This document shows positions 16,083 to 29,052 of a DNA stretch of 64,000 nt, one piece after another. The translations under genes were made by a program, and so were the position numbers. The DNA lies in contig OZ024740.1 in NCBI GenBank assembly GCA_964016885.1, forward strand, positions 35,774,001 through 35,838,000, given 5' to 3'. Source of the DNA: Eledone cirrhosa. Lineage: Eukaryota. Each line of letters begins with the position of its first letter. Within the stretch, counting starts at the first letter, position 1. The notes beneath the pieces were generated by a model. That model saw only the letters and a program-made list of their open reading frames with translations. It was not told the DNA's origin and made no database searches.

Positions 16083-16234
16083 TCTTTTCATGTATTCTGT
16101 GAGCAGTACAAATATATGTGAGTTTCCTCTCAAAGTTTTTCCTTATATATATATATGTTCATTATGAAGGTGGGGTTCAACGGGGGAAGATTTAACTGAA
16201 TTTTTCTGACAGTGTGTTAGGGAAAATTGAGCCC

Positions 16235-17510
16235 ATCCTAATCAACAAAGGATATTTCAAGGAAACACCACTGGTTTTCTGCCCAGCACTGAGACCATTA
16301 TCTGACACAATAAGCAGAACTGAATCAAGGAATACATGTTATAAGAAAATTAACCATTTCCTATAAATGGATGCAGAAGAGAGAAAACCCCCAAACACTG
16401 TACGGGAGTCAGGCAACTCTGAAGAGAAGAAAACTAGTAAAACCACTAATATCATGCTAGATAAAGAAACTGAGATAAAAGAATTAGATCAAACACAAAC
16501 ATACAAATACTTAGGAATCAACGAATTAGAGAGGATTCAACACACGCAGATGAAAGAAAAGATTAAAAAGGAATACTATAGATGGATTATATTACTACTT
16601 AAAACTGAACTAAATGCAAAGAATAGGGTAATAGGCATCAACACTAGTGATCTCAGTGATAATCTACAGTTTAAACATTCTGAATTGGACACTAAAAGAA
16701 CTAGCTGAAATAGACAGAAAACACGAGAAAAATAATGACTGCATTTAGAATACACCGACCAAAATCAGATGAAGAAAGATTATACCTACCACGAACATAG
16801 AGAGAAAGGGCCCTTATGCAACTAGAAAACTATTATAAAATATCTACTGTAGGACTATAAAATGATTTAATGAATAATAATGGATAATTAATATAAATAG
16901 TCATGAAACATGAACAAAAAAGAAACAAACAAAATACAACAAACAAACAAAAACAAACAATTTTCTACGTTCAAGGAAGCCAAAACATTCAAAATAGATG
17001 CCGAATTGACAAATAATGTGAGTAAAATGGAAACAGAAAAAACAGCAACAGAAACTGTGAAAAAGATAAAATCCAAATTGAAAACAGATCTCCAGAATGC
17101 TATGCTAAAAGGAAAAATTCCTAATTGGTCAGTGAAAAAAACTGAATAGGGAGGAAGTGGACAAAATTCACAAAACTGGTTAAGAAACATTGGACTAAAA
17201 ACCTTGATTGAAAGATTTTTAATCGCAGCGCACGATCAAAGCCTCCCCGACAGAAACCGCCAAAACTACATGATGAAACAGAAAACAGCAAGTAACTGCA
17301 GAATATGAGAGGGCGATAGTGGTGTTGAGAAAGAAACAATTAACTCATTATCTTTGGCTGTCCTGTCTTTGTCAAAAAATAATATATATACAGATACGAT
17401 AGAGTTGGGATCTACATACACTGGAAGTTATGCCAGCACTACGAAATACCAACAGAAAAAAGGTGGTACAAACATACACAAGAAAAGGTGTCAGAGAATG
17501 ATAAGTTGAT
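16235..17510 (+). mobile_element. degenerate R4/Dong-clade LINE fragment
   Basis: QTYKYLGINE...KIKKEYYR...KTELNAKN, followed by an RYDRVG.YIHWKLC region. Many stops. Same family as 50040-51340. Confidence 0.85.
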
Positions 17511-17549
17511 CGATATCTAATATTTATTTTTGGCTTGCAATCTTAATGT

Positions 17550-17762
17550 TAGTGCTTTTGTATCGGTTGAGCGTCGAACAAAATGCTGTGTAGCATATAG
17601 TTACGGCCCTTTACGTTCTGAGTTCAAATTCCACCGAGGTTAGTTTTGCCTTTCATCCTTATAGGGTCGATAAAATAAAGTACCAGTAACGCACTGAGGT
17701 CGATTTAGTCGATTTCCCCTCCCCCAAATTGTTGGCCCTGTGCCTAAATCAAAAACCATTAT
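17550..17762 (+). mobile_element. tRNA-derived SINE with Nin/Deu-like central domain
   Basis: B box GAGTTCAAATTC, then TTTGCCTTTCATCCTTA..GGGTCGATAAAATAAAGTACCAG. Repeated about nine times in the window. Confidence 0.85.
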
Positions 17763-17779
17763 TGTGTTTTAAGTTCATG

Positions 17780-18170
17780 TTTTATTCCCCCTTTTCTTTA
17801 GTGCCTGCCAAATTGTAAATGTCTGAGTTTTAGTCCCCTTTTTTACTTCAGCTCCTGTGTTAGCCTCCTTTTTTCTTTAGCCTCTGTGTTAGCCTCTTTT
17901 TTCTTTAGTACTTATGTTAGCCCCTTTTTTGTCAAATGTCTGAGTTTTAGGCCCCATTTTATTTTAGCCACTACGTTAGCTCTGTTTTCTTTAGTCACTG
18001 TGCTATCCCTTTTTTACTTTATTCCCTGTTTAGCCCTCTTTTTTCTTTAGTCCTTATGTTATCCCTTTTATTTACTTTAGTCCCAATTTAGCCCTCCTTT
18101 TCTTTAGTCCCTGTGTTAGCCGTCTTTTTGTCAAATTGTAAATGTCTGAGTTTGTTTAATCATCTTTCTT
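17780..18170. repeat. pyrimidine-rich imperfect minisatellite (TTTTCTTTAGTC..GTGTTAGCCC)
   Basis: Direct reading. Confidence 0.7.
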
Positions 18171-18214
18171 CTATCTTTTTTGATTTTTCCAATAAGGAAG
18201 ATGGATGTTTGAGA

Positions 18215-18800
18215 ATATATGTGTGCACAATTAAAATTATGTGTACACAATATAACTATGTGTACACAGTGAAAATTATGTGTACACAATATAACTATGT
18301 GTACACAGTGAAAGTATGTGTTTACAATGAAAATATGTGTATATGCTAAACATATGTGTTCATAATAAGAATGTGTACACAATAAAACTATGTTTACAAG
18401 ATAAGAATATGTGTACACAAACAAATATATATACACAATATAAATGTGTACACAATAAAAATATGTGTACACAATATAAATGTGTACACAATATAAATGT
18501 GTACATAATAAAAATATGTGTACACGATAAAACTATGTGTACACGATTAAATGTGTATACAGAATAACAAGTGTACAAAATAATATATGTACAGAATAAA
18601 AATGTGTGTAGATAATGAAAATGTGTGTACACAATAAAAATATGTGTACACAATAAAAATATGTGTACATAATGAAAATATGTGTACACAATAAAAATGT
18701 GTACACGATAAAAATATGTGTACATAATGAAAATATGTGTACACAATAAAAATATGTGTACATAATGAAAATATGTGTACATAATGAAACATGTATATAT
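18215..18800. repeat. ~20-bp imperfect minisatellite (AAAATATGTGTACACAAT)
   Basis: Direct reading. Confidence 0.9.
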
Positions 18801-20299
18801 AATAAAGAAAAAGCTCAAGAGCGAACCCTATTTTATCCCAGGATAATGGGAGGGACGTTAAAATATTCCGAAGTTTTACTATGGTAAAACAAACATCTTC
18901 ATTAGATAATCCTGGGAGAAAAGATCTAGAGAAATGCATACCTCCACAGAAAAACGACGACGGCGACAACGTTGACAATTACGACGACGATAATGAGGAA
19001 TACATCCTGTTATATGTAACTAAGCGGTTTCTGTTAAATATTTGGAAAATTACGCATCTACGTCAGAAAACCAAGCAGTTAATGAATTATAGGTCAACGG
19101 AATAATGTTTAAAGGATGTACACTTTCACATCTTTTTATTGCATGAAAACAAAAATGTCTTTAAACAAATGTTACACCAGCTGTTATTTCAAGTTGAAGA
19201 AGGTAACAAGATCGGTCAATGTATCTTTATGACATTTGGTCATTTGGACATTTGGTCATTTGGACATTTGGACATTTGTTCATGTGTGTAAAGATTTAAG
19301 GATGGTAGGTAGCATATTCAACTGGGTGATGTCTAAAAACATCTGACCGATAAAATGACAAGTCAGTCAATGATATTGGTGGCCTCCCCACAGTCCCGGC
19401 GCACAGAATGGGGAAGGCATTTAAATGTGTCAAGTTGATTGATATCCGAGAGTTGTTTTCTCAGATTGAATTTAACCAAAAAAAATGTGCTTCGATATCA
19501 ATTACAGTCCGAAGGCGAGAGTGCAAACGAGAACGAAAAGAGAAGAGAACTATTCTGCTTAAGATATGAAATATGACACAGATATTTAATATCTGCCGAC
19601 TATGTTAAGGAGTTAACGATCGCTTGTTAAGGAACACGGATGAAATATCTTGGTAGAATGATACTCATGTGTTAACAAGTCTGTCTTAACGACAAGCTTA
19701 ACAGTTTTTGGTAAATATCAAAACAAAAATAGAAAGGTCTGTTTTTACAAAAACTATATTTGGTAGATTGTTATTGTTGTTTAGCCCAAAGTCAGCTTCA
19801 GGGAAGCAGAGTTATGTTCAAAGAACTTCTAACCATGACTATCCTGTCTTTCATTTTCAGATGATATTATCTTATGTATCGTTTTGAAGACATTAGGATA
19901 TGATTGGAGGGATTTTTGTTACTATTTTAAACAAGTCTATCTATTACATAGAGGCCCTCTCGCTATTTACCTCATCGTTTTACAATTATGAATTTGAATT
20001 TTTCATGAATAGATATTTAGCCAGGGACATTATGGTGATGGTATTACTGTTATATTATTAATATTGCATATAATGCTCAAACCAAGTTAGCGCTGAGTGA
20101 TTTATGCTCCGTACTTAACAAATAGTTCATCCCAAACATCTTTACTGCTGCATGAGAGTTAAATTAATCTAAATAGAATATACATGCCCAAATTCGATTA
20201 AAACGTACCCCATTTCACAAATGGTTGTGAATAAACTGTGTTGTCTATATATTCCTTAAAGGATCGATCGACTTTCGTCAAATCGGACCGAGGAAGCAA

Positions 20300-20479
20300 T
20301 GTTTCCGTTGGTCTTTCCAGTTGCTAGTACTATCTATCGGTCGCAACTCCAGATAGAAGGAGCAACATGAAATAAAGTATCTTGTTCAAGGACATAATGC
20401 ATCGCCCGGTTCAGGAATCGAACTCACAACCTCAAGATTGTGAATCCAATTCTCTAACCACTCAGCCACACGCCTTCAC
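20300..20479 (-). mobile_element. tRNA-derived SINE head (different family)
   Basis: Minus strand has A box TGGCTGAGTGG and B box GTTCGATTCC, followed by GTCCTTGAACAAGATACTT. Confidence 0.8.
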
Positions 20480-20639
20480 ATTAAAGAGGCTTTTATTGTT
20501 GCTGTTCATCTTCCCCCCGTATCCCGTGTTGAGCTCATTCGATATTGGAAAGAGAGCAAAACCTTTCTGTAATCAATCGAAGCAGTGCTTAGATCTTTCG
20601 TTTAGGGCCGACAATTTTCTAGAATCATCTTATTAATTA

Positions 20640-20980
20640 ATAGTTGGTCTTTTCACCCATATGAGTGCCACTTTTCTCATTTTTGTTCTTGTAGAATGAT
20701 TTCATTTTCATCAATTTATTTGTATATCCATAAGTTGTAGTGAGACAAGTTATTGGCCTTTAGTTGTTTTGTGGAGGTGTGTTGTGTCTTCTGTCGACCA
20801 TTTCAGGGTTTTGTTCGGATTTTGTATTATAGGCGTAATTTCACTAGCAAGTTCTTTATGCAACCCTGTAAGTGCATTTAACAAAAAGTTAGGAATTTGG
20901 CCTATTTCAAGTGATTTCCATTTATCTACTTTACCAAGTGCCAATCTTAGTACTCACAGCTCTATTTTTTGTCATTCCTA
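20640..20980 (-). mobile_element. old R4/Dong RT fragment
   Basis: WKSLEIGQIPNFLLNALTGLHKELA aligns by eye with WKSPGPDGVQGYWIKNITSLHPKL of the other Dong copies. Confidence 0.55.
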
Positions 20981-20989
20981 ATGGTTAAT

Positions 20990-22074
20990 ATCTCACATGG
21001 ATGATGATGCGCAAACATGCACTGAGGCTACGACATCTCCATCTTTTCCTTAAGGGTGAACAAGTGGGGTCGCTGTTCACCAGACAAATGTTCCCCCAGT
21101 TTGACTCCTTAACGGAGCTGCAGTCATGGGTCAAGCGGTGACCGAGGGTGAGCGTTTGGAAACTGGAATGTCTCCAGATGCACACAGCCCTCCGCCAATG
21201 GGGCAGTATGATCGGTGGAAACTCCACATTGGAGTTCTATAGAGGGTTAGTGGCAGATAAAAGCGACGACGTTCTTGGGGAAACTCTAGACATCAACGAA
21301 AATCAACTAGCCATTCTTTTCGGGAGAACTTTCCGTCCAGGGCTCATGGATAATTTCCAGAAATTCCTGGTCTGGCAGTGTTACCAAGGAGCTTTTCAAG
21401 TTCGAGATAAACTCTACAGACATGGAAGTGACGTCAGCTGCCTGGCCTGTCCAAGATGTACACAGAACAACGAAACCGTCCTGCACATAACCGTCCAGTG
21501 TTAGAGCATAGCTGACTTGTTGGTTTATGTCGAAAACCTGCTGTCACGTTAGGACGAATCCGGCTATCAGCCGAGTCCATCGTGAAGATTTTTCCGTCGC
21601 CTTCTTTTAGTCAAGAAGGGCAGGCCGTTTTTTTCTGCCCGAGGGCCATGACGAAAGAGGTTGTATGGTGGACTCGCTTGAAAGGTTTGAAGACGAGCAC
21701 TTTCCTCTTTAAGCCCTGATTAATTTATTCAGAAAAATCTGTGTGGAGAAGGAAATGCTGTCTTTAAAGCAATTTGTTGAAAGGTGGGTCAGATAGGTCA
21801 GCATGGCCCGAGTGAATGGGTCCGCTCTGAATGAGAGCCTGTTCATTGGAGGAGAACAACTGGGACAGGGCAGAGATCAACTAGAGATCAGGACACCCGT
21901 AGTTTTATGAGGTTTTTCTACGAGTGACCACGAAAGTCTCTTTCCTAATGAGGAATCTCTTTTATTTTAATTTTTATATTTTATATATAATTTCCTTTTC
22001 AACATTGTTAAAATTTGTTTACACGCAACACCCACACACCAACACACACACCAACACACACACACACACACACC

Positions 22075-22153
<79 letters not shown>

Positions 22154-22215
22154 TTTTCGTCTTGTGTCATCATAATGTTTTTCTTGATGTAAACTCTTTG
22201 TGGTTAATAAAGAAA
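20990..22215 (+). mobile_element. Tx1/L1-clade LINE 3' fragment
   Basis: WMMMRKHALRLRHL, WQCYQGA..VRDKLYRHG, CPRC....ETVLH...QC; homologous to 36770-37900. Confidence 0.85.
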
Positions 22216-22219
22216 TCAT

Positions 22220-22600
22220 TCAACTAAGTTTCACTTAGAAAGGATGGTGAGGGTGGAGAGAGAAGTGCTGACTCGCAACACATTTGCTAAAGGGGGGAGG
22301 GGGGGATATGGCGAGCATGGCCTGTGTGAATGGGCCTACTCTGAGCATGCGCCTGTAGGTTGGTTGATTTGAGAAGGAGAGGAGTGCCCTTCCCGTGTGC
22401 TCTTGAAGCGTCGGGTGATACAGGACTGGTGGGGTACCCCAGACGCCCCTGGTTGGTTTCCCCTCCTATTGGGGGATTCTGTTGTATCTTTATTTTTTAT
22501 TTTATTTTTTACTCGTTATTTTTTTGTTTGTAAACCCTCACTGTGTCTGTTTTTTTGTATTGTCCCCTACATGGCCCTTGTGGCCAATAAAGAAATAATA
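22220..22600 (+). mobile_element. Tx1 family B 3' end
   Basis: Matches 46260-46670; ends GCCAATAAAGAA(ATA)n. Confidence 0.8.
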
Positions 22601-22606
22601 ATAATA

Positions 22607-22642
<36 letters not shown>

Positions 22643-23386
22643 GGGGAATTTGTTATTGTTTCTTTTTTGTTACATCCTCTCTTTTTGTTTTTTTTACACG
22701 CAGAAATGCCCATGTGTACCGTCCTGTATTGTCCTGTGCTGTCCTTAATCCTAAACTGACGGTAGTCCGTTTAGTAATATTGTTGTGGTCGTGTTTTCGT
22801 TGACAATCGTCTGTTTACGACAGTACAGCGCGGCTCTACTTTATTTAACTGAGATAAAACTTAGATGAGCATGAACAGTAGATCATTACGCATCTTTTGA
22901 CTTAAAAATCTAGAAATTTGGTCCAGCGGGAAAAAGTTTATAATCAAACTTTGCTGATAAATCTTGTGTTCAAGTGAGTGAGTAGTAAGCGTGACGCTAG
23001 GGTAGGTAATCCAGAAATGACGACGTTTGGAAAAGTTTAATTACTGCATGAAAGAAATGATTCAAAAATTGAACTTACCCAATCTTCACAACGTTGAAAA
23101 TTGGTCAAAATTTGACAAATCTGACTTCAAACCAGATATGATTCATTTGAACAATGTTGGAAATCTTAAATTGACACAAATTTTTGCCAATGTTTTTGAA
23201 ACCTGATCCTTGTTCTATGGCTGACTGACTAATTTTGTGACTTAATAAAATGTCATCATACTAGTAATGCACAATGGTCATTTTTAAATTTAAATTTTAT
23301 TAAATAGTTGTTGCTTGCATTGCCTTAAAATAGTAACAAGAATGTACACATACTTTTTAAAAATACATCATTATCAGTCAAATCAG

Positions 23387-23747
23387 TCAAATGTCACTAA
23401 AAGCCAGGTGGTCGATAACAACTTCTATAAGATTAGTTACATGCTCACACATTGGATCACCTCTCATCAATGGCATTGGGTGTCTGAGATAATCGTGGAG
23501 ATAACTGATGAAGTCACAAATGAAGTGATGGTCTTCCAGTGTGAACAACTCCCTATATCCATTGATATATGTGATGGCTTCCGATTCATAGGTGCATTTT
23601 ATGAGGAATTCCATGCATCCGATTTTCAGTGATTCAATGGACATTTTATCAGAGATGATAAGGTATTTGACCACGTTATGCTTTGTAAGTAAATTGGAGA
23701 AAATCACTGCAGTCAAAGTCATTTCTTTGCATGGGTTTTTGTCCATT
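23387..23747 (-). CDS. exon-like BTB/BACK (SPOP-like) fragment
   Basis: LTKHNVVKYLIISDKMSIESLKIGCMEFL fits the BACK pattern LxxxNVxxxLxxADxxxxxxLKxxCxxFI. Preceded on the minus strand by TTTTAACTTTTTAG (acceptor-like). Confidence 0.5.
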
Positions 23748-24019
23748 CTAAAAAGTTAAAATGATAAAGTATTACTACTATATAACTTACATCTATTGTT
23801 GTAACACCATTGAAATGCACAAGTTTCACTAATTCACTATTATGAACTAATCATCTCAAATGCATTCATGATTTACTAGCTTTGTCATTAAGCCAGTTGC
23901 CTCAACTAGATTGCAATTATACTCAAAAGAACTTTAAAATGTCAATCACTTGTCAGTAATTCACTATGATCATTTAATTATTAGATAGTTGTTGCTTGCA
24001 TTGCCTTAACAAATAGTAG

Positions 24020-25079
24020 ACCAGATAGAAAAATGCGTACAGCAAAAAAAAGTAATATTGTTGGAATATAAACCTTTAAAAATACAGGACAAGAAACTAA
24101 AATAAAACTTTAAAAGAATAGGACAAGAAACTAAGATAAAACTTTAAAAGAATAGGACAAGAAACTAAGATAAAACTTTAAAGAATTGGACAAGAAATAA
24201 AAAATTTTACAATAATATTAGTGGCAAAATGTTTTTATTCGTTTCCTGTGCTATGCCCCAGTATCTTCTTGATTAGTGCATAATAATTGTCATGCTCTCA
24301 TTGTGCGTTGCCTCTGAGCGGTTGGTTCTGGTTGGGGTTGGTTGGATGAGCAGTTCTGCTCCGTCAGAATAACCATTGCAAGAAGAATTGGCCGATGCAG
24401 CTGCAGGTCTCCTCCAAGAATGCACTTCTGGTCCCGCAACACCAGACGAAGATGGAGAAGACGACCGGGACAAGATGTCGACTCTGACCACCGACTACGG
24501 CACCTCCCTCAACCACCGCTCCTCCCTCCCTCTGTCCCGTCATCCCTCCAGTCCTCCTGCTCCCCCTTCCTGTACCAGAAAGCTGTAGCACGCATTCATC
24601 TGGACTGCCGAACTTGAACTCAAGGACAAGATGCAAGGAGAAGATGGACGGGTTGGTCAAGATCAAGGATGAGCGGGACGACAAGACCGTCCGCTGCTGC
24701 TCAAGATCTGTGCTCATGGGCCCATGGGTCCATTCACATTATGCATGACACATCAGGCGTGTCGCCGAATGATGAAATAGGGGTATGGTTATGGGCCAAT
24801 TGGTGTTCAAACCAGGATCAAATGATCCCCCCGGTCTGACGACGACCTCTGAATGTGGAACCCAGAGCCTATGAATTTGAACTCGATTTTTTACCAATAA
24901 AAATTTTGCCACTAATATTATTGTAACATTTTTTATTTCTTGTCCAATTCTTTAAAGTTTTATCTTAGTTTCTTGTCCTATTCTTTTAAAGTTTTATTTT
25001 AGTTTCTTGTCCTGTATTTTTAAAGGTTTATATTCCAACAATATTACTTTCTTTTGCTGTACGCATTTTTCTATCTGGT
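24020..25079. mobile_element. MITE/foldback-like element with ~190-210-bp inverted repeats containing ~32-bp subrepeats
   Basis: ACCAGATAGAAAAATGCGTACAGC...GTGGCAAAAT (24020-24230) is inverted at 24902-25079; GGACAAGAAACTAAGATAAAACTTTAAAAGAAT subrepeats. Confidence 0.85.
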
Positions 25080-25134
25080 GTTATACTTTATGTCAAACCT
25101 TGTGGTCAATAAAGAAAGCATTACTAGTATTATT

Positions 25135-25442
25135 ATTTGTTGAAAGGTGGGTGAGAGAGGCAAGAATGGCCCGTGTTAATGGGTCTACCCTGAGCGTGTG
25201 CTTGTAGCATTGTAGGAGGAAAACTGGAAGAGGGCATTTGCCCTAGCGGTCACGGTAAACGTAGCTTTTCTTGTGGGATTTCTCCACGAACAACCCTCGG
25301 AGGTCTCCCACTATTGGGAATTTTTCATTGTTTCTTTTTTCACACTCTGTTTTTTTTTTACACGAAGAAATGCCCATTTGTATTGTTCTGTGCTGTGCTT
25401 AATGTTATACTTTATGTCAACCCTTGTGGTTAATAAAGAAAG

Positions 25443-25445
<3 letters not shown>
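25135..25445 (+). mobile_element. Tx1 family A 3' end
   Basis: FVERWVREARMARVNGSTLSVCL* plus 3' UTR, then (ATT)n. Confidence 0.85.
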
Positions 25446-25476
<31 letters not shown>

Positions 25477-25480
25477 TTTC

Positions 25481-28400
25481 TTTGAGTCTCAGTCATTGAT
25501 GTTATTTAACTGGAAAGTTTGTTGAAATGAATATCAAGCCACTACCTGCAGCCTCACATATTCAGGACGTATCGGAGGGTTCTTGCTGTTCCCAGCAAGC
25601 ATGCCTTATGAAGTGTTCCAAAAAGCGGGGCGGGACCAATTTTCTTTAACCATCATTGGAAACTCTTTGAGATAGTACCTAGTGCGCCTATGACAATCGA
25701 CTTTGATCTCATGACAGTTCCAAATCCTTTTTATCTCCCAATTTAAGTCCTGGTATCGGTTAATTTTATCCCTCTCCTTCTCTTGCACTCTCGTGTCGAA
25801 TGACCAGGCTACATCTACAATCAGGCACGATCTTTTTTCCTTGTCCAAAACCAGCAGGTCAGGCCTATTGTGTTCCAGTTTCTTATCCGTCTGTATCCTA
25901 AAATCCCATAGCACCTTCACCTGATCGTTTTCTATCACTTCTCAGAATGTGGTAAATTGTTTACTTTGCATAGATGCCAGTGGATCACCCTGCCTATCAC
26001 ATCATGTCTCCAGCCTTTATAGTGAGTCTGGGCTAGGTGTTTACACTCAGATACAATGTAAACCAAAGTCTCCTCTCTCTCTCCACAGATCCTACACAGT
26101 GGGCTAGCCTTCTCCTTGTAAATATAGTGTTTCACCCACTTCGTTCCGAGGGCCTGATCTTGCGCAGCCATTAGCATTCCTTCTGTAGCCTTTTTAACCA
26201 GTTCCATGTCTGTGGATATCTAAATTCAATTTTCTCAAAGAAGGTACTATGAAGGGATTTTTCATGAAGGTTGCTCTTCCTCCTTGTTGTTATTTCCTCC
26301 TTGGAAATCCCTTGGTCTATTGTCCTCTCCTTCAGTACAATTCTGAGCATTGGCTCCCTACTGTCGGTCACGTATTTGTGCAGGTTTTTTTTCTCCATCT
26401 GAAAACAGTCCTCTATGCTGATAAGACCTCTTCCACCTTCAGATCTCTTTACGTAGAGTCTATCGACATCACTCCTCTTGTGGAACATGTTGTAGATAGT
26501 CAATAGCTTCCTAGTCTTTCTATCCATTTCTTTTTGTTCAGCAACATTCCATCTCAGAATTCCCGCACTGTACCTAATAATAGACACAGCTCGGGAATTT
26601 ACTGCACTTAAGACATTCCTACTATTTAGATGTGATTTTAATACGCTCCTTACTCTCCTTATGAACTCAGATCCTATCAATTCCTTCATTTTTTTGTTCT
26701 TGATGTCATCTGCCTCCAGAACATCTAAATATTTGTATCCTTCTTCAGTGTCAATTTCCTTTATCATCTCACCTGTTGGTACCTGGATTCCGTTCATCAC
26801 TAGGACTCCACACTTATTAATACCAAAGTGCATACATATATCATTGCTGAAAATACGGACAGTGTCAACAAGTACATCCAACTCCTTTTCACTCTTCCCA
26901 AAGAGTTTAAGATCATCTATGAAGAGGAGGTGGTTGATGGTAAGCTCTCCTTTTCCCAACTTGTATCCTGCTCTCACTTTTCGCAGTATAATGGTCAGGG
27001 GTATCATGGCAAGGACAAACAACAGAGGGGACAAACTATCTCCCTGGAAGATACCTCTCTTGATCTTCACGCATCCCAAGGATTCTTTACCCAATGTTAA
27101 CTCTGTTTCCCAGGACTTCATACTTTTGCTCAACAACTGTTTGATGTTATCTGCCACCTTAAAGATCTCTAGGCTTTTGATTATCCAAGAATGAGGTACC
27201 ATGTCGAATGCCTTTTTGTAATCTATCCATCCCATGGCAATACCAGTGTGTCTCCTCTTTCAATTCCACATTACCATCTTATCAATAAGTATCTGGTCTT
27301 TTGTACCTCGGGACTTCTTTCAGCATCCTTTCTGTTCGTCCGGTAACAAGTTGTTTATGTGGAGGTGATGGTAGATTTCCTCAGACACAATGCTTGTTAA
27401 CAGTTTCCACATTATGGACAGACATGTGATAGGTCTATAGCTGGTAACATCATTACTCTTGATTCGGTCCTTCATTACCAGAACTGTGGTACTTTTTGTC
27501 TACCACTCTGGTACCTCACCCAACATCAAGCAGTCATTGAACATAGTCGTCAGTTTCGGGTGGAGTGATGTTATATTTTTAATCCAATACCCCTGCACAC
27601 CATCTGGGCCTGGTGATTTCCAGTTGGTTAGTTTTTTGGCCTGCCCTATAAGAGTTTCTACTGTGATACTCAAATCAGTTTGTTGGTGTGCTTGTTCACT
27701 AATCTCCTTTTGTACTGTCTCAATCCACACTGCTTGATTATTATGTTCAACATCCTGCTCCCATATTCCTCTCCAGAATGTCTTAGTCTGTTCCGTCTCA
27801 GAGATCAAGTCGTTGCCTCTTTCTTTCCCTTCAAGCTGTCCAAACAACATCTTCTGGTTGTTGTCAAACATGCGGTTCTGTCTATACTGACTGACTCTGC
27901 TCTCATACCGCCTAATCTTTGCACTTTTTTGCTACAATGCGTTGCTTCAGTTCTTCTATGATAATATATAGCCTTTTCCTCCTAGTTTTGTACTTTATTT
28001 CCAGTCTATTTTTAGTGTCTATGTTTTGTAGTGTCCCATTCAGTAGGGACTCAAGCTTTTCAATGTCATTTCTCATTTCCTTGATTTGACCATTCAGACG
28101 TTTCTTCCACCAAGGTTCTGATCTTTATTGTTTGTTGTTTCCTCTCGTTTTTATGCCAAGTAATTTCCTCACCGCATTTGCTGTTGCTTTGAGGATATTG
28201 ATACATTGGTGAAGGTTCCTCGCCTCAAGGTATGGGATGACTTTGTTTACCTTAGCTGTTGTTTCTTTTAATTTTTTCCTGTCTACAAATCTTAGGTTCA
28301 TAGGTTTCCCACTATCATTGTTCATTTCATCTACCACTAAGTTTAGGATATCAACCAAATATTGTCCTAGCCCGTCAGAATTCATCTCATCAATGGCCGT

Positions 28401-29012
28401 ATCTTTGTCCCAGGTATTATTTATGTCAGCATTCAGATCATTGTCTGCTTCGGATGGTTCCTCCGTTCTCTCAACCTCTTCACCTTCATTTCCCACTGGC
28501 TCGTTTGCCTGGTATACTCCACTCTCCATTTCCAACCCAATCTCTCTGCTCAGTTCCTGCAGTTCCAACTCGCTTATCCATCCATTAGTTCTTATTACCC
28601 GAGCCTGCCCGGCCAATTTTTGTTCATCTAATTTAAATAGACCAATCTCGTTCCAGATGTTATGCATCCGTTTCCAATAGCCTTTTTCCTTGGGGTTACT
28701 CTTCAGGTAACATTGCATAACAGTTCTATTCAATTCTTTCGTCCAGTTGGTTCTTGTCCCTTTCCTTCTTCTTCTTCCTCCAACACCAGCAGTATTTGGA
28801 TGACAGCCAGGTCCCTGCTGTTGGGCCAGGGAGTACTTGCTGGGTGGGAGTCTGTCACATGACGTTCCAGTCTCCACTTCACCGTTATTCGAACTGTTTA
28901 GGTTCGACATTTAAACACTCATATCGAGGATTGGTGAATATATGGTTACATAACCACCTGTGATTTCATCACCCCCAGTGATTTTAGCGTGGCACCATCA
29001 CACTGTAGACGA
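25481..29012 (-). mobile_element. near full-length R4/Dong-clade LINE (RT + REL endonuclease), disrupted
   Basis: N-terminus NWTKELNRTVMQCY..GYWKRM..EQKLAGQARVI. RT WIDYKKAFD, GIFQGDSLSP, FIDD. CCHC, RHD and RPD..IVDV motifs. Contains frameshifts and stops. Confidence 0.92.
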
Positions 29013-29052
29013 ACATAAATAAATAAACAAATAAATAGATAGAAACTTAAAA

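Larger units (their letters stand above)
22750..25079. mobile_element. 2.3-kb composite insertion interrupting a Tx1 family A 3' UTR
   Basis: Left flank ...GTCCTTAAT and right flank GTTATACTTTATGTC... rejoin the uninterrupted 3' UTR seen at ~25395-25440. Confidence 0.75.

Noticed and set aside
18800-20300. Candidate location for a missing ABCB1 exon
   Set aside because: No Walker A or other ABC motif, and no convincing splice-bounded frame, was seen.
20405-20479. tRNA gene
   Set aside because: Has A and B boxes but no good acceptor stem, and continues into a SINE body.
28911-29012. HDV-like ribozyme at the Dong 5' end
   Set aside because: Small hairpins and a TCCTCG are present, but I could not build the nested double pseudoknot.
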